The position numbers and the translations under genes are program-made. A DNA stretch of 63,760 bases, the filler included. It is 10 parts of 10 records of this genome, joined end to end, with 100 filler letters (N's around TTAATTAATTAA, not from the genome) between each part and the next. Parts side by side here need not be neighbours in the genome. Positions count along the whole stretch, not along the records: positions 43,862 to 51,169 come from SRR31156797_181179; positions 51,270 to 58,619 come from SRR31156797_183945; positions 58,720 to 63,760 come from SRR31156797_183981; 7 more parts are not named here. The stretch is one strand, 5' to 3'. The notes beneath the pieces were generated by a model. The model searched no databases, was not told where the DNA came from, and saw only the letters and a program-made list of their open reading frames with translations. Positions 50,621-61,920 of the stretch are shown in pieces; position 1 is the stretch's first letter; every line of letters starts with the position of its first letter.

Positions 50621-50773
50621 ACCAACGACCGGTCCAATCGTCGTCGAAACGCCATTCAGCGAATATTCCGCCGGAACGCGCCCACGCGGCCATTTCACGA
50701 AGGCCCACAGGCGAGTGGCCACAATCATGGTCCGCCGGCCCAAAGGCCGGCGCCTCTTCAATCGGGTTTCAAG

Positions 50774-51169
50774 TCAGGCGGCTCGCGAAGCCGTCGATTC
50801 CGTCAGAAGCGCATAAAGCGCTTCGGCACTGTCCGTTCCGCGCAGTTTTTCGACCCCGGCCTTGTCGCGAAGCAGGCGCGACACCCGCGCCAACGCCTTC
50901 AAATGATCGGCACCTGCCGATTCCGGAGCAAGAAGCAGAAAGATCAGATCGACCGGCTGCTCGTCGATGGCATCGAAATCGATTGGGTTCTCCAATCGCG
51001 CAAACAGCCCATGCAGCCGTTCGAGGCTGGCCAGTTTACCGTGCGGAATGGCAATTCCGTTGCCGACGCCCGTCGTCCCAAGGCGCTCCCGTTCAAGAAG
51101 AACGTCGAATACGGCCCTCTCGTGCATACCGGAAATCTCGGCGGCGCGTTTGGCCAATTCCTGAAGCGC
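50774..51169 (-). CDS. ptsN: PTS EIIA-Ntr, 5'-truncated
   Basis: ERERLGTTG, IAIPHG and HLKALARVSR. Confidence 0.93.
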   Translation of the reverse strand, partial: ALQELAKRAAEISGMHERAVFDVLLERERLGTTGVGNGIAIPHGKLASLERLHGLFARLENPIDFDAIDEQPVDLIFLLLAPESAGADHLKALARVSRLLRDKAGVEKLRGTDSAEALYALLTESTASRAA

Positions 51170-51269
51170 NNNNNNNNNNNNNNNNNNNNNNNNNNNNNNN
51201 NNNNNNNNNNNNNTTAATTAATTAANNNNNNNNNNNNNNNNNNNNNNNNNNNNNNNNNNNNNNNNNNNN
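51170..51269. other. Artificial contig spacer
   Basis: N44-TTAATTAATTAA-N44. Confidence 0.99.
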
Positions 51270-51438
51270 GGCGGATGGAAGTCATTTTGTGAGGATGATT
51301 GACTCGGTCCCGGACGATTCTATATCGCCAGGGATGAACGATCTGCCATATGGACGAAGCGCCGGCCTTTTCGGGTTTTCCGGTCTGAATCCGCCTGTCG
51401 CGGTTCAGCCGGAAATACGCCTGACTGCTGAATCCAGG

Positions 51439-52686
51439 TCAGTTGTTCATGGAGTTGAGGAAATCCTTATTGCTTTTTGTCCCTTTCATCTTGTCCAGGA
51501 GAAATTCCATACTATCCACCGGCGTGAGGGGAGACAGGAGTTTTCTGAGGATCCAAACACGGTTAAGCTCAACATCTTCAAGAAGCAGTTCTTCCTTACG
51601 GGTGCCGGAACGATTGATATCGATGGCCGGGAAGACCCTCTTGTCGACGAGCTTGCGATCCAGGTGTATTTCCATGTTGCCGGTGCCCTTGAATTCCTCA
51701 AAGATAACTTCGTCCATCCTGCTTCCGGTGTCTATAAGGGCGGTGGCTATGATGGTGAGAGACCCGCCCTCTTCTATATTTCGGGCCGCGCCGAAGAAAC
51801 GTTTCGGCCTGTGCAGAGCATTGGAATCCACGCCGCCGGAAAGAATTTTGCCCGAAGGGGGTACAACCGTATTATATGCCCTGGCCAGGCGAGTGATACT
51901 GTCCAGCAAAATAACCACGTCTTTTTTATGCTCTACCAGGCGTTTGGCCTTTTCAATAACCATTTCAGCGACCTGAACGTGTCGCTGGGCAGGCTCGTCA
52001 AAGGTGGAACTGATGACTTCACCCTTGACCGACCTTTGCATATCGGTAACTTCCTCGGGGCGCTCGTCTATCAGAAGAACGATGAGAACCACGTTTTTAT
52101 GATTGGTCGTAACGGCGTTGGCTATACTTTGCAGCAGCATGGTTTTACCGGTGCGGGGAGGCGACACTATCAGACCGCGCTGCCCCTTGCCGATAGGGGT
52201 CATGAGGTCCATAGTGCGCATGGAAAAGTTCTTGCCCGTGGTTTCCAGGCTGATTCTCTCTTCCGGATACAGAGGCGTGAGGTTGTCGAAGAGGATTTTG
52301 TCCCTGGCTACTTCCGGATCTTCAAAATTGCAGCTCTCCACCTTTAACAGTGCGTAATATCTTTCATTTTCTTTCGGCGGTCGAATCTGTCCGGTGACTG
52401 TGTCGCCCGTTCTCAGGTTAAAGCGCCTGATTTGGCTGGGAGAAACATAAATATCATCAGGGCCGGGCAGGTAGTTTGACTCGGGCGCCCGCAGGAAACC
52501 AAAACCGTCCGGCAGAGTCTCCAGGACGCCGCCGCCGTAAATAAAACCGTTTTTTTCAGTTTGAGCCTGGAGCAGGGCAAAAATTAGTTCCTGCTTTCTA
52601 AGCCCGGTTGCGCCCTCAACTTTGTAATCCTTTGCCAGGGCGGTCAGTTCGCTGATTTTTTTCTGTTTCAATTCACCCAAATTCAT
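51439..52686 (-). CDS. rho: Transcription termination factor Rho
   Basis: [30 protein letters not shown] and SGTRKEELL. Confidence 0.98.
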   Translation of the reverse strand: MNLGELKQKKISELTALAKDYKVEGATGLRKQELIFALLQAQTEKNGFIYGGGVLETLPDGFGFLRAPESNYLPGPDDIYVSPSQIRRFNLRTGDTVTGQIRPPKENERYYALLKVESCNFEDPEVARDKILFDNLTPLYPEERISLETTGKNFSMRTMDLMTPIGKGQRGLIVSPPRTGKTMLLQSIANAVTTNHKNVVLIVLLIDERPEEVTDMQRSVKGEVISSTFDEPAQRHVQVAEMVIEKAKRLVEHKKDVVILLDSITRLARAYNTVVPPSGKILSGGVDSNALHRPKRFFGAARNIEEGGSLTIIATALIDTGSRMDEVIFEEFKGTGNMEIHLDRKLVDKRVFPAIDINRSGTRKEELLLEDVELNRVWILRKLLSPLTPVDSMEFLLDKMKGTKSNKDFLNSMNN

Positions 52687-53243
52687 TGTTTAAAATATTC
52701 CTTTCAAAAACACTTATTGTAGTTTTAATAACGGTCAAAGACGCCCTCTATCGGCAACGGTTCGCACCGACCAGACCTTGACAAGGGCGGATATTTATTT
52801 TGTAAAATACGTATCTGGATATAGCTTTTGAATTATAAAGCCCTTGGAATCATTTAAAGGGGTATTTCATATTTATGCCAAACTCCCACCGCCCTGGGGC
52901 AGGCTCAACATACGGATTCAGGGATTAATATGACCAACATATAGACATTACGAAGTATATGAATTGTCTTGGAGCTAACCCAGGGTAGGCAGATGTGCCG
53001 TCGTTAGAACTCTTATATATATCAGGTAACGTATTGATTGAAAATTGTCAAGGGGTTATTGGGCTATAAAGTTCGATTTTTCAAGTTTATCCCCCGAACA
53101 TCCCGTTAACATTCGACAATTTCATCATTTACCGATCATCTTCCCTTTGCCTGCCTGAAGCCTCCGCCCTCCCGAACCACGGCCCGCGTCGGCCGTTCAT
53201 GTTCGAATTGTCTTTAAGTTATTGCGCGTTTCGCATTTCCTGG

Positions 53244-54200
53244 TCAAGCATATGCCTGATCCAATTTATCCAAAACAGTTTTCATGTCCGGGGCCGGCGG
53301 GGCTTCAAATTCCATTTCCCGGCCGCTGAAAGGGTGGGCCAATCCCAACCTGTGCGAGTGGAGCATCTGTCTTTTGACCAGCCCCTTTATATCTCCGCCT
53401 CCCGCCTTTAATCCGGCCGCCCCTTTTCCATAAGTGCCGTCCCCCAGAACCGGAAGTCCGATCGCTGACATATGCACCCTGATCTGGTGTGTCCTCCCGG
53501 TCAAAATATGAAGCCTGACCAGACACACGCCCACGGACCAGTTTTTTATAACTTCATACCGGGTTACGGCCGTCCGGCCGGACCGGGAGCGGGTGGACAT
53601 TTCCTTTCGCCTGACAGGATGCCTCCCTATGGGCAAATCCACTTCCCCCTTCCTTTTTCGGGGCGCGCCCGTGCATAAAGCCAGGTATGACTTTTCTATG
53701 GTTCTTTCCTTGAAAGCTTCGACCAGGGCGCGATGAGCCCGGTCGTTTTTGGCCGCGATCATTACGCCGGATGTATCCTTATCCAATCTGTGGACTATTC
53801 CCGGCCTGACTTCGCCGCCGATGCCTTCTATGTCAGGACATGCGGCCAGAAGACCGTTAACCAGGGTTCCCGACCCATGTCCCGCCGCAGGGTGAACGAC
53901 GAGCCCCGGCGGTTTGTCAATAACGACTATGTCTTTATCCTGAAAAATGATACCGAATTCCACATTCGGATCCGGCGCGAGCTCGGTCTGTTCCGGTTCC
54001 GGCACGACCAGGGTTACACTCTGGCCCGCTTTTATTTTCTGTCCTGCCTTGGCCCTGACGCCATCGACGCTGCAGAATCCCTGGTCTATCAGATTTTTTA
54101 TCCTCGCCCGGGACAGGTCTCCCGCCCTGGCCGCCAGAAAGCGATCCAGCCGTTCATCCCGGGCCTCGGGCGGCGTTTGATAAACCAGGGTATTTTTCAT
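53244..54200 (-). CDS. rluD: RluA-family pseudouridine synthase with S4 domain
   Basis: RLDRFL, KPPGLVVHP, HRLDKDTSG and TGRTHQIRVH. Confidence 0.9.
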   Translation of the reverse strand: MKNTLVYQTPPEARDERLDRFLAARAGDLSRARIKNLIDQGFCSVDGVRAKAGQKIKAGQSVTLVVPEPEQTELAPDPNVEFGIIFQDKDIVVIDKPPGLVVHPAAGHGSGTLVNGLLAACPDIEGIGGEVRPGIVHRLDKDTSGVMIAAKNDRAHRALVEAFKERTIEKSYLALCTGAPRKRKGEVDLPIGRHPVRRKEMSTRSRSGRTAVTRYEVIKNWSVGVCLVRLHILTGRTHQIRVHMSAIGLPVLGDGTYGKGAAGLKAGGGDIKGLVKRQMLHSHRLGLAHPFSGREMEFEAPPAPDMKTVLDKLDQAYA

Positions 54201-54536
54201 AAATGCCGGTATTGAATTACAAGCTATCAAAAAATTTCCATGGCCCGATCTCTACGATGGAAGTAAAAAGACAATCCTGAAAAAACGTCATTTTACCATG
54301 AGCCGTATCTTTTTTATAATTGCTTGTTGTATGTTCCTCTGGAAATCCAAAAAGATTTGCAGGGACAGGAACAATTGGCTTCGCTAATTCACGGGGCGCG
54401 CCTCTACGGCTAGCGGGGCTTTCCCGCCGGTTCGCCAACGGATCAACGAATGTTGTTAACGGATGAGTTTTTTCCGAACCCAATATTCCCGGGAAGAAGG
54501 AGAGTATTATTTACGGAGTGCAGTCAGCCGGATTGG

Positions 54537-55034
54537 TCAGGCCTGTCCACTAGGAACAGAAAAAAGATTCATAATCTCTTTTTCCACTTTTGCTTCCGCT
54601 TGGTTCCTAGCCACGGATATCTCCTTGACCAGGAGACTTCTGGCCATATCGAGCATTTTCCTTTCGCCGAAAGATAATTCCTTATCCATTCTAAGCAGCG
54701 ACAGATCCCTTAAAACCGCGGCAACTTCAAAAACCGACCCGGTTTTGATCTTTTCCATATAATCCCGATATCGCCTGTTCCAGTTCTGCGTTTCCAGGGA
54801 AACGTCCTTCTTCTTCAGGATGTCGAATATTTCCACCACTTGTTTGCGGTCAATTACCTGCCTCAGGCCGACATTGTTGACATTCTGCGTCGGGATCATG
54901 ATTATCATATCATTTTCCAGAATTCGCATAATATAGAAACTCTGCTGTAGACCAGATATATCCTTTGTCTCCAGAGCTTCAATTCGGCCGACACCGTGGG
55001 CGGGGTAGACAGCCAAGTCTCCCACCTTAAACAT
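54537..55034 (-). CDS. carD: CarD/CdnL-family transcription factor
   Basis: FKVGD.AVYPAHGVG, NWNRRYR and LSFGERKM. Confidence 0.93.
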   Translation of the reverse strand: MFKVGDLAVYPAHGVGRIEALETKDISGLQQSFYIMRILENDMIIMIPTQNVNNVGLRQVIDRKQVVEIFDILKKKDVSLETQNWNRRYRDYMEKIKTGSVFEVAAVLRDLSLLRMDKELSFGERKMLDMARSLLVKEISVARNQAEAKVEKEIMNLFSVPSGQA

Positions 55035-55070
55035 CCTTGTTATTCCTCCATTAAGCAACTCAAAAAATTT

Positions 55071-55099
55071 ATTATACTAATCAATCATAAAATAGTCAA
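55071..55099 (-). promoter_or_regulatory. Sigma70 promoter of carD
   Basis: TTGACT-N17-TATAAT on the minus strand. Confidence 0.75.
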
Positions 55100-55169
55100 A
55101 AAATATTATCCGCCCGGACATAATTCTGTCACTTAAGCTGGTGCGGCGGGGCGATTGAGGCATCCCTAC

Positions 55170-55203
55170 AAAAGGAGGACCGGCCATAACAGCCGGTCCC
55201 CTT
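55170..55203 (-). terminator. Intrinsic terminator after hppA
   Basis: GGACCGGC/GCCGGTCC stem followed by a T-run on the minus strand. Confidence 0.65.
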
Positions 55204-55258
55204 GCTTACTATTTTATTTTGACGGCCGGGAAAAACCCGGCGCGCCTTTTTGTTTGGT

Positions 55259-57283
55259 CTACAGCAGGCCAGCCCAACCGGCCAGCAGAGGAGCCATAAC
55301 CAGGGACACGACCGACATCAACTTGATGAGGATGTTCATGGCCGGACCGGAGGTATCCTTGAAAGGATCGCCTACGGTGTCGCCCACGACCGCGGCCTTA
55401 TGGTTGTCGGAACCTTTGCCGCCGAAGTGTCCTTCTTCGATGTACTTTTTAGCGTTATCCCAGGCGCCGCCGCCGTTGGCCATGAAGAGGGCCAGGAACA
55501 CGCCCATGAGAGTTGCGCCAAGCAGCATGCCGCCCAGTGCTTCCGCGCCGAACAATCCGCCCACTACCACCGGAGCCAGAACGGCCAGGAGCCCGGGGGC
55601 GACCATTTCTTTAAGCGCCGATGCCGTGGCAATCGAAACACATGTCTTGGGATCGGGCTCAGCGCCCTCTTTGCCCTCGAGCAGTCCCGGGATCTCGCGG
55701 AACTGACGGCGGATTTCCTCGACCATTTCGAAAGCGGCTTTACCAACCGAAGTCATGGTCATGGCCGCGGCCAGCATCGGAACGATGCCGCCCAGAAATA
55801 CGCCGATAACGACCATTGGCTTGGTGATATCAATACCGTCTGTCAAGCCGGCGGCCTGGGTGAAGGCCACGAACAGGGCCAGGGCTGTCAGCGCGGCCGA
55901 ACCGATGGCGAAGCCTTTACCGATAGCAGCCGTGGTGTTGCCCAAGGCGTCCAGGGAGTCCGTGATTTTACGGGTCTCGGGTCCGAGGCCCGCCATTTCC
56001 GAGATGCCGCCGGCGTTGTCGGCGATTGGGCCGTAAGCGTCAACGGTCATTGTCGCGCCGACAGTAGCCAGCATGCCGACCGCGGCGATGCCGATGCCAT
56101 AAATGCCGGCTGTCTTGTAGGCGATCAGGATGGCCACACAAATGCCGAGAACCGGCAGGAATGTGGATTCCATACCCACGGCCAGACCCTGGATGATAAC
56201 CGTAGCCGGGCCTGTTTCCGTGTTTTCGGCAATCTTCTTAACCGGAGGTCCGGAAGTATAGTATTCAGCCATGAGGCCGATGGCTATACCGACCAGGAGC
56301 CCGGCCAGAACCGCCCAGAAAATTCCAAAGGGCAGACCGAGAGCTGTGGTGATGATGAGAGTCATCACGATCAGGACGCCGCCGGCGATAAAAGTCGTAT
56401 AACGAAGCGCCGCCGCCGGATCGATGTTTTTCAAAACTTTGATCGAAAAGACGCCGACAAACGACGAAAGCAATCCGCCCATGACCAGCAGCAAGGGCAT
56501 AGCCATGTAGGCCGACCTAAGGTTTTCAGCATCGGCGCTCAGGACCATGGTGGCGCCGATGGCGATGGTGGCGATGATGGAACCGCAGTAAGATTCGAAG
56601 ATGTCCGCGCCCATACCGGCGATGTCGCCGACGTTGTCGCCGACGTTATCCGCGATAACACCCGGGTTGCGGGGGTCGTCTTCGGGAATGCCGGCTTCAA
56701 CCTTACCGACCAGGTCGGCGCCGACGTCCGCGGCCTTGGTATAGATGCCGCCGCCCACGCGGGCGAACAGCGCGATGGAGCTTGCGCCCATGGCAAAACC
56801 GTTAATGTAGTGAGCCGTTGACGGATCTTTACCGAAAATGTAGAACCATACGCCTACGCCCAAAAGGCCCAGGGAAGCAACGGCAAGACCCATAACCGCG
56901 CCCGAGTAGTAGGAAACGTTCAGGGCCGCGGCCTGGCCGCTCTTGTTGGCGGCTTCAGCCGTCCTCGAGTTACCCCTGGTAGCCGCGGACATGCCAAGGT
57001 AACCGGCCAGAATGGAGCAAAAAGCGCCGGTAAGAAAGGCAATGGCGGTCTGCCAGTTGAGACCGAGTAAAAGGGCGACAAAAACAATAGCGATGAAAAT
57101 GGCCAGATAGGTATATTCCTTCTTCAGGAAGGCCATAGCCCCATCATGGATCATCTCCTCCAGGTTCTGCATTGTTTCGTTTCCGTTGGGCTGTTTTTTA
57201 ACGTATCCATAAATCAGGTACGCGATCACCAGCCCGATGATCCCCAGAATAGGGGCTAACACCGTTAAACTAAGCATGTACAA
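55259..57283 (-). CDS. hppA: Membrane pyrophosphatase, K+-dependent type (probably Na+-translocating)
   Basis: [26 protein letters not shown] (Ala at the K+-dependence position) and GDPFKDT. Confidence 0.95.
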   Translation of the reverse strand: MYMLSLTVLAPILGIIGLVIAYLIYGYVKKQPNGNETMQNLEEMIHDGAMAFLKKEYTYLAIFIAIVFVALLLGLNWQTAIAFLTGAFCSILAGYLGMSAATRGNSRTAEAANKSGQAAALNVSYYSGAVMGLAVASLGLLGVGVWFYIFGKDPSTAHYINGFAMGASSIALFARVGGGIYTKAADVGADLVGKVEAGIPEDDPRNPGVIADNVGDNVGDIAGMGADIFESYCGSIIATIAIGATMVLSADAENLRSAYMAMPLLLVMGGLLSSFVGVFSIKVLKNIDPAAALRYTTFIAGGVLIVMTLIITTALGLPFGIFWAVLAGLLVGIAIGLMAEYYTSGPPVKKIAENTETGPATVIIQGLAVGMESTFLPVLGICVAILIAYKTAGIYGIGIAAVGMLATVGATMTVDAYGPIADNAGGISEMAGLGPETRKITDSLDALGNTTAAIGKGFAIGSAALTALALFVAFTQAAGLTDGIDITKPMVVIGVFLGGIVPMLAAAMTMTSVGKAAFEMVEEIRRQFREIPGLLEGKEGAEPDPKTCVSIATASALKEMVAPGLLAVLAPVVVGGLFGAEALGGMLLGATLMGVFLALFMANGGGAWDNAKKYIEEGHFGGKGSDNHKAAVVGDTVGDPFKDTSGPAMNILIKLMSVVSLVMAPLLAGWAGLL

Positions 57284-57292
57284 CTTACCTCC

Positions 57293-57874
57293 TCAATCCT
57301 TTAAGTTCAAATCCCTTCTGTTATATCTAGCCTGCGTCTCGGCAACTCCGCTTGAGATGAACAATTCAGCCGCAGAAGCTGCACTCACAAGCACCCGTTC
57401 AATGCATGGAGTTTCCGAAGAATCAAACCGTCCCAGGACGTAGCTTTCCGCTGCCCGACCCGAAGGAGGCCGCCCCACGCCGATTTTGATCCTGGCAAAT
57501 TCACTGGTTCCCAAATGTTCAATTATGGATGCAATGCCTTTATGGCCGCCGGCGCCGCCCCGAGCAGACACCTTAAGTCGACCGATTTCAACGTCCATAT
57601 CGTCGTGCAATACCAGCACGTCCTCGGGGCTTCCTTTGTAAAAATCCATGAAGCGGCGAACCGGGCCGCCGCTCAGGTTCATATAAGACTGGGGCTGAAT
57701 CATCAGGACATCGACTCCGCTTATCCGCCCCCGGCCGACCAGGCTCGAGAAGCGTTTTCGGTTTATGTCCACCTCATGCCGCCGCCCCAGTAATTCTAAT
57801 GCGGCAAAACCAACATTATGGCGGGTCTCGGCGTATTGAGACCCGGGGTTGCCTAACCCAACAAGCAGGCGCAC
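57293..57874 (-). CDS. pth: Peptidyl-tRNA hydrolase
   Basis: GLGNPG, TRHNVG, YMNLSG, HDDMD and GGHKG. Confidence 0.96.
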   Translation of the reverse strand: MRLLVGLGNPGSQYAETRHNVGFAALELLGRRHEVDINRKRFSSLVGRGRISGVDVLMIQPQSYMNLSGGPVRRFMDFYKGSPEDVLVLHDDMDVEIGRLKVSARGGAGGHKGIASIIEHLGTSEFARIKIGVGRPPSGRAAESYVLGRFDSSETPCIERVLVSAASAAELFISSGVAETQARYNRRDLNLKD

Positions 57875-57924
57875 AAAAGCTCCAGCAATCTCTTGTTAAA
57901 CGCCGCCAAAACCGGAAATCCGGT

Positions 57925-58563
57925 CTAGGCCTCGGCCGCCGGCTCAGCGCCTTCGGCTTCGCCTTCTTCTTCCTCTTCATCCGTGGTCTTGGCGCCCTTC
58001 GGGGCGATTACCGTGGCCACAGTGAAATTAACGTCAAAAACCAGTTCCACGCCTTCAGGGACGTCCACTTCGCCGACATGCAGAGATTCGCCCATATCCA
58101 TGAATGTGACGTCCACTTCGATCTTGTCGGGCAGGTCTTTCGGCAGCGCCGAAATCAGGAGTTCGCGCCGGATCTGCTGCAGCAGGCCGCCTTTTTCCAC
58201 TCCATCGGGTTTGCCCAGAAGAACCAGAGGCACTTCTATTTCAAGGTGTTTGTTATAGTCGACCTCAAAGAAATCCACATGCATGACCGACCTTTTTATG
58301 GGATCGATCTGATAGTCCTTCAGCATGACCAGTTTTTCTTCAGCCTTGCCGTCCGCGTCAATTTTAAGCTGAAACAATGAACGCGAGCCGGACGGGCCGA
58401 AAAGCTCTTTGGTCACTTCCTTGGCGTTTACGGTTAAAGTGCGGGGTTCCAGGCCTGCGCCATAGAACACGGCCGGGATCATTCCTTCGCGACGAAGTCT
58501 TTTTGCTGGGCCTTTGCCCGACTCCGCCCTCTCTATGGCATTTATAGTCGTTTCGACATTCAT
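57925..58563 (-). CDS. rplY: 50S ribosomal protein L25/Ctc
   Basis: RLRREGMIPAVFYG, HVDF and an acidic tail. Confidence 0.95.
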   Translation of the reverse strand: MNVETTINAIERAESGKGPAKRLRREGMIPAVFYGAGLEPRTLTVNAKEVTKELFGPSGSRSLFQLKIDADGKAEEKLVMLKDYQIDPIKRSVMHVDFFEVDYNKHLEIEVPLVLLGKPDGVEKGGLLQQIRRELLISALPKDLPDKIEVDVTFMDMGESLHVGEVDVPEGVELVFDVNFTVATVIAPKGAKTTDEEEEEGEAEGAEPAAEA

Positions 58564-58619
58564 TATTCTCTTCCTCCCAAAAAACGGAATCTATATTTTA
58601 ATGCGCCTGTCGCTTCCGG

Positions 58620-58719
58620 NNNNNNNNNNNNNNNNNNNNNNNNNNNNNNNNNNNNNNNNNNNNTTAATTAATTAANNNNNNNNNNNNNNNNNNNNNNNNN
58701 NNNNNNNNNNNNNNNNNNN
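58620..58719. other. Artificial contig spacer
   Basis: N44-TTAATTAATTAA-N44. Confidence 0.99.
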
Positions 58720-60080
58720 GCCAGGTTTTCTCCCAATGTGTATATGAAGCACGAGTCCATGGTCATCAGGGGCGTCAGCCAATACTATGGTGCCAAAGTA
58801 TCCGCCGTGGGCTTTTATCTGGATGGCGTGAGCCTTCCCTTTGAGGGTGTATATAGCTCGGAGCTGTTCGATATTGAAAGAATTGAGGTGCTCAAGGGAC
58901 CCCAGGGGACATTGTACGGCAAAAACAGTGAATCCGGTTTGATCTTACATCGATCGCTTCTTGGGCCTCGGAATCGTATATGGTTGACGAAAGCACGGGC
59001 TATTCCCAGGAGGTACGCCTCTCTTCGGCAAAAAAAAGAGATCCGCTCCAGTGGCTGGCCGGGGTATATGCCTTCGATGAAGAGATGAATATCTATCAGC
59101 AAAAGGTTTTCCCGGGTTCCACCACGACCAGGGATACGACTGCCGATAGTATCGGATACGCTGTTTTTGGCCAGGGAACCTACACAATTATTGAAAGAGT
59201 GCATCTCACGGCCGGTCTTCGCTATGATTATACGGAGTTTGAAGGCGACCAGCATCTAACCACATCGGCCGGCGACTCAGTTTACGGCAAGGATTTCGAC
59301 AATGGCGAGATCCTCCCGAAGCTGTCCCTTGCCTACGATTTCTCGAACAGCATCATGGCCTACACAACCGCGGCCAGGGGTTATCTTACCGGGGGCTACA
59401 ATTTTAAATGGGCTACCAATGCCGACAACTTGACCTACGACCCGGAATATACCTGGAACTATGAAATCGGCATGAAAAGCTCATGGCTTGATAAACGCCT
59501 GATCGCCAACCTATCGGCCTTTTATATTGACATGAAGGATAAGCAGGTGACCGAATGGGATCCTTCCTCCGGATACATCAAACAAATTCGAAATGCCGCC
59601 AATGCCTATTCGACTGGGATGGAGTTCGATCTGCAGGCATGTCCGACGCCGGGGCTCGATCTCTTCGCCGGGGTGGGATATACCAGGGCCGAAATCGATG
59701 ACTGGGTCGCATGGGAATATGACAGCACAACCGGAGAGCCGTATCAGTACGATTACAGTGGCAAGCTTCTGCCCAACGTGCCCGAGTATACCTTCAACCT
59801 GGGATTGCAGTATCGCCACCTGTCGGGTTTTTTCGGCCGGGTCGACTGGCTGGGAACCGGATCGCTGTACAGTGACACCAAAAACAGTGCCAAAGAGGAG
59901 GGTTACCAGCTTGTCAACCTGCGTCTCGGGTTCGAACGTGAAACCTATGATGTCCAGGTGTGGTGCAAGAATCTTTTCGATGAGGAGTATTTACAACTCC
60001 GGTTTGCCAGTGCAAGCGATCAGACAGGGGTCGATGGCGAACCGAGAATGTTCGGCGTGACGATGAGGTATCGGTTTTAA
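58720..60080 (+). pseudogene. TonB-dependent receptor with a frameshifting internal deletion near 58938
   Basis: The plug end ERIEVLKGPQGTLYGKNSESG is joined out of frame to FDLT...SQEVRL. The barrel then continues to a terminal YRF. Confidence 0.75.
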
Positions 60081-60157
60081 ACAAAATGATCCTCTTTTAC
60101 GAAGCAAGGTGAAGAAGGGTGTCCTTGGGTCAGTTTTTCCAAACTGAACAAAAAAGG

Positions 60158-60203
60158 TTGACAGCATGCCGGGATGTATCTAATTAAATAGTCTTGTCTA
60201 ATT
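60158..60203 (+). promoter_or_regulatory. Promoter with DtxR/MntR-like TAG-N6-CTAA box
   Basis: TTGACA-N17-TAATTA followed by AAATAG-TCTTGT-CTAATT. Confidence 0.5.
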
Positions 60204-60324
60204 TGTATAGAGATATCTTGCGGTGGACAGCACTTCACCGGTGTATGTAAAGTGAAGCGTTTGGAATGTTGATACGGGTCAATCCGCATGCGCTTTTTTT
60301 GAAAGCCTAACAAGGAACATTCTG

Positions 60325-61317
60325 ATGCCGGAAACCAATCATATCCGTTATACTCCCCAGGACGGCTTTTGCTCCAGGGACGTTCTGGATATAAGGAATG
60401 AACATCCGGAGCATTTCGAATGCTGCTGGCGGGGAGCCGGAGACGTCGGCGATCTTCGATTTGCCAGAACCGAAATACGGCCGGGTTTCGAAATCTGGAT
60501 GAGTGATTGCCTGTTTCACGAGGATGTCCGCTTTTGCCTGGCAGATCATCCCGCGGTATTTTCCTTCAGCTTCTGCCTGTCCGGCAAATCCATGGGCAGG
60601 TACGGCACGAACCGCGAGCCCGTTGAGATGTCGTCTGGAAAACAGGGGGTTTTTTACTGCCCTGACCCCAACGGAACCAGTTGCATCAGCATGGACGTGC
60701 CCCATCGCCAGGTGGGCATTATCATTTCACCGAAAAGGCTCCATACTTATTTCGAATCCGATCTGAACCTGCTGCCGCCACTGATGCGCAACACCTTGGA
60801 GGAAAAACAGAACGAGCTTTTTTACCAGCTCCGGACAATCACGCCCGCCATGCACACGGCGTTGCAGCAGTTGATAAACTGCCCCTTCGGCGGCATGACC
60901 CGTAAGCTTTTTTTTGAAAGCCGCGCATTGGAACTGATCGCCCACCAGTTGTCGGATTTGGAATCGCCAGGCGAAGCGCATTCCCACCGTTTGCATCCGG
61001 GGGACAGAAAACGCATCGAGTGGGTCAAGGATGTGTTGGTCGGCAACCTGGAAAATCCTCCGGGGCTCTTCGAACTGGCCCGGAATGCCGGCATGTCCCA
61101 CCCCAAATTGAACCGTTGCTTCCGCCAGGTATACGGAACGACCGTCTTCCAGTATCTGCGCAACGAAAGACTCAACCGGGCCAGGGAGATGCTCGGTGAT
61201 GGTCTCAATGTCACCGAAACCGCTTATGCCGTTGGGTATGAGAGCCTCAGCCACTTCTCCCAGGCCTTTAAAAAGCAGTTCGGTGCTTCGCCCAGCAGTT
61301 GCATGGGCGCTGGTTGA
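60325..61317 (+). CDS. PchR/YbtA-like AraC regulator
   Basis: FSFCLSG, ESRALEL, PPGLFELA, KLNRCFRQVYGTTVF and VGYESLSHFSQAFKKQFG. Confidence 0.92.
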   Translation: MPETNHIRYTPQDGFCSRDVLDIRNEHPEHFECCWRGAGDVGDLRFARTEIRPGFEIWMSDCLFHEDVRFCLADHPAVFSFSFCLSGKSMGRYGTNREPVEMSSGKQGVFYCPDPNGTSCISMDVPHRQVGIIISPKRLHTYFESDLNLLPPLMRNTLEEKQNELFYQLRTITPAMHTALQQLINCPFGGMTRKLFFESRALELIAHQLSDLESPGEAHSHRLHPGDRKRIEWVKDVLVGNLENPPGLFELARNAGMSHPKLNRCFRQVYGTTVFQYLRNERLNRAREMLGDGLNVTETAYAVGYESLSHFSQAFKKQFGASPSSCMGAG

Positions 61318-61391
61318 TGTCATCGTGATAGAAGAACCGGTTTTAGTTCTTAAAATCTGATTGTCGTTTGCGAACCGCAGGTAAGGGGAGC

Positions 61392-61650
61392 GCCGGTTAC
61401 CGCTTCTCCGGTTTTTATCACGATCTCTTTCTTCAGGCATTCGAAATCCAATTTCGTATGGCCTGAGATGCAAAACCTGAAACCGAAGGAAGGCGAACAG
61501 TTATTGTTTTGAGTGGTAGAGGCTTTATACGTTTCGAAGTCGTGCAGGAATACGTGAAGACCGCTTTTAAAGCGGTGCTCTTTAATCGCTCCTTTCCCAT
61601 GGCCGGATGGAATTTTAAAGCATTTCTCAATTGTTTTTCTATGGAAGCGG
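61392..61650 (-). pseudogene. Remnant of the N-terminal domain of a third PchR-like AraC gene
   Basis: The minus strand reads KSGLHVFLHDF...PSFGFRFCISGHT...IKTGE, matching the FSFCLSG/FWFCLSG block of the neighbouring genes. It is frameshifted and has no HTH. Confidence 0.55.
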
Positions 61651-61699
61651 TTTGGATTGAAGGTCCCGCGGGCGGGTTTTTCCGGACTGAATTAAAAGG

Positions 61700-61746
61700 T
61701 TGACAGTTTACCTGAATACATCTAATATAGATAGATATCTCTAATT
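61700..61746 (+). promoter_or_regulatory. Paralogous copy of the 60158 promoter/operator
   Basis: TTGACA-N17-TAATAT followed by AGATAG-ATATCT-CTAATT. Confidence 0.55.
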
Positions 61747-61920
61747 AGTATAGAGTTTACTTGTAACATACGACCACTCATCGGCGCGTATGACGTGAAG
61801 GCGTTGGGGCGACGGCCCCGATTCCAATGGAACCGTTGCATAGGCATGGATTTACCGAATCACCAGGTGGGCATTATTCCTTCACCGAAGCCGCAAATGA
61901 AACCAACACCTTAAAAAAGT

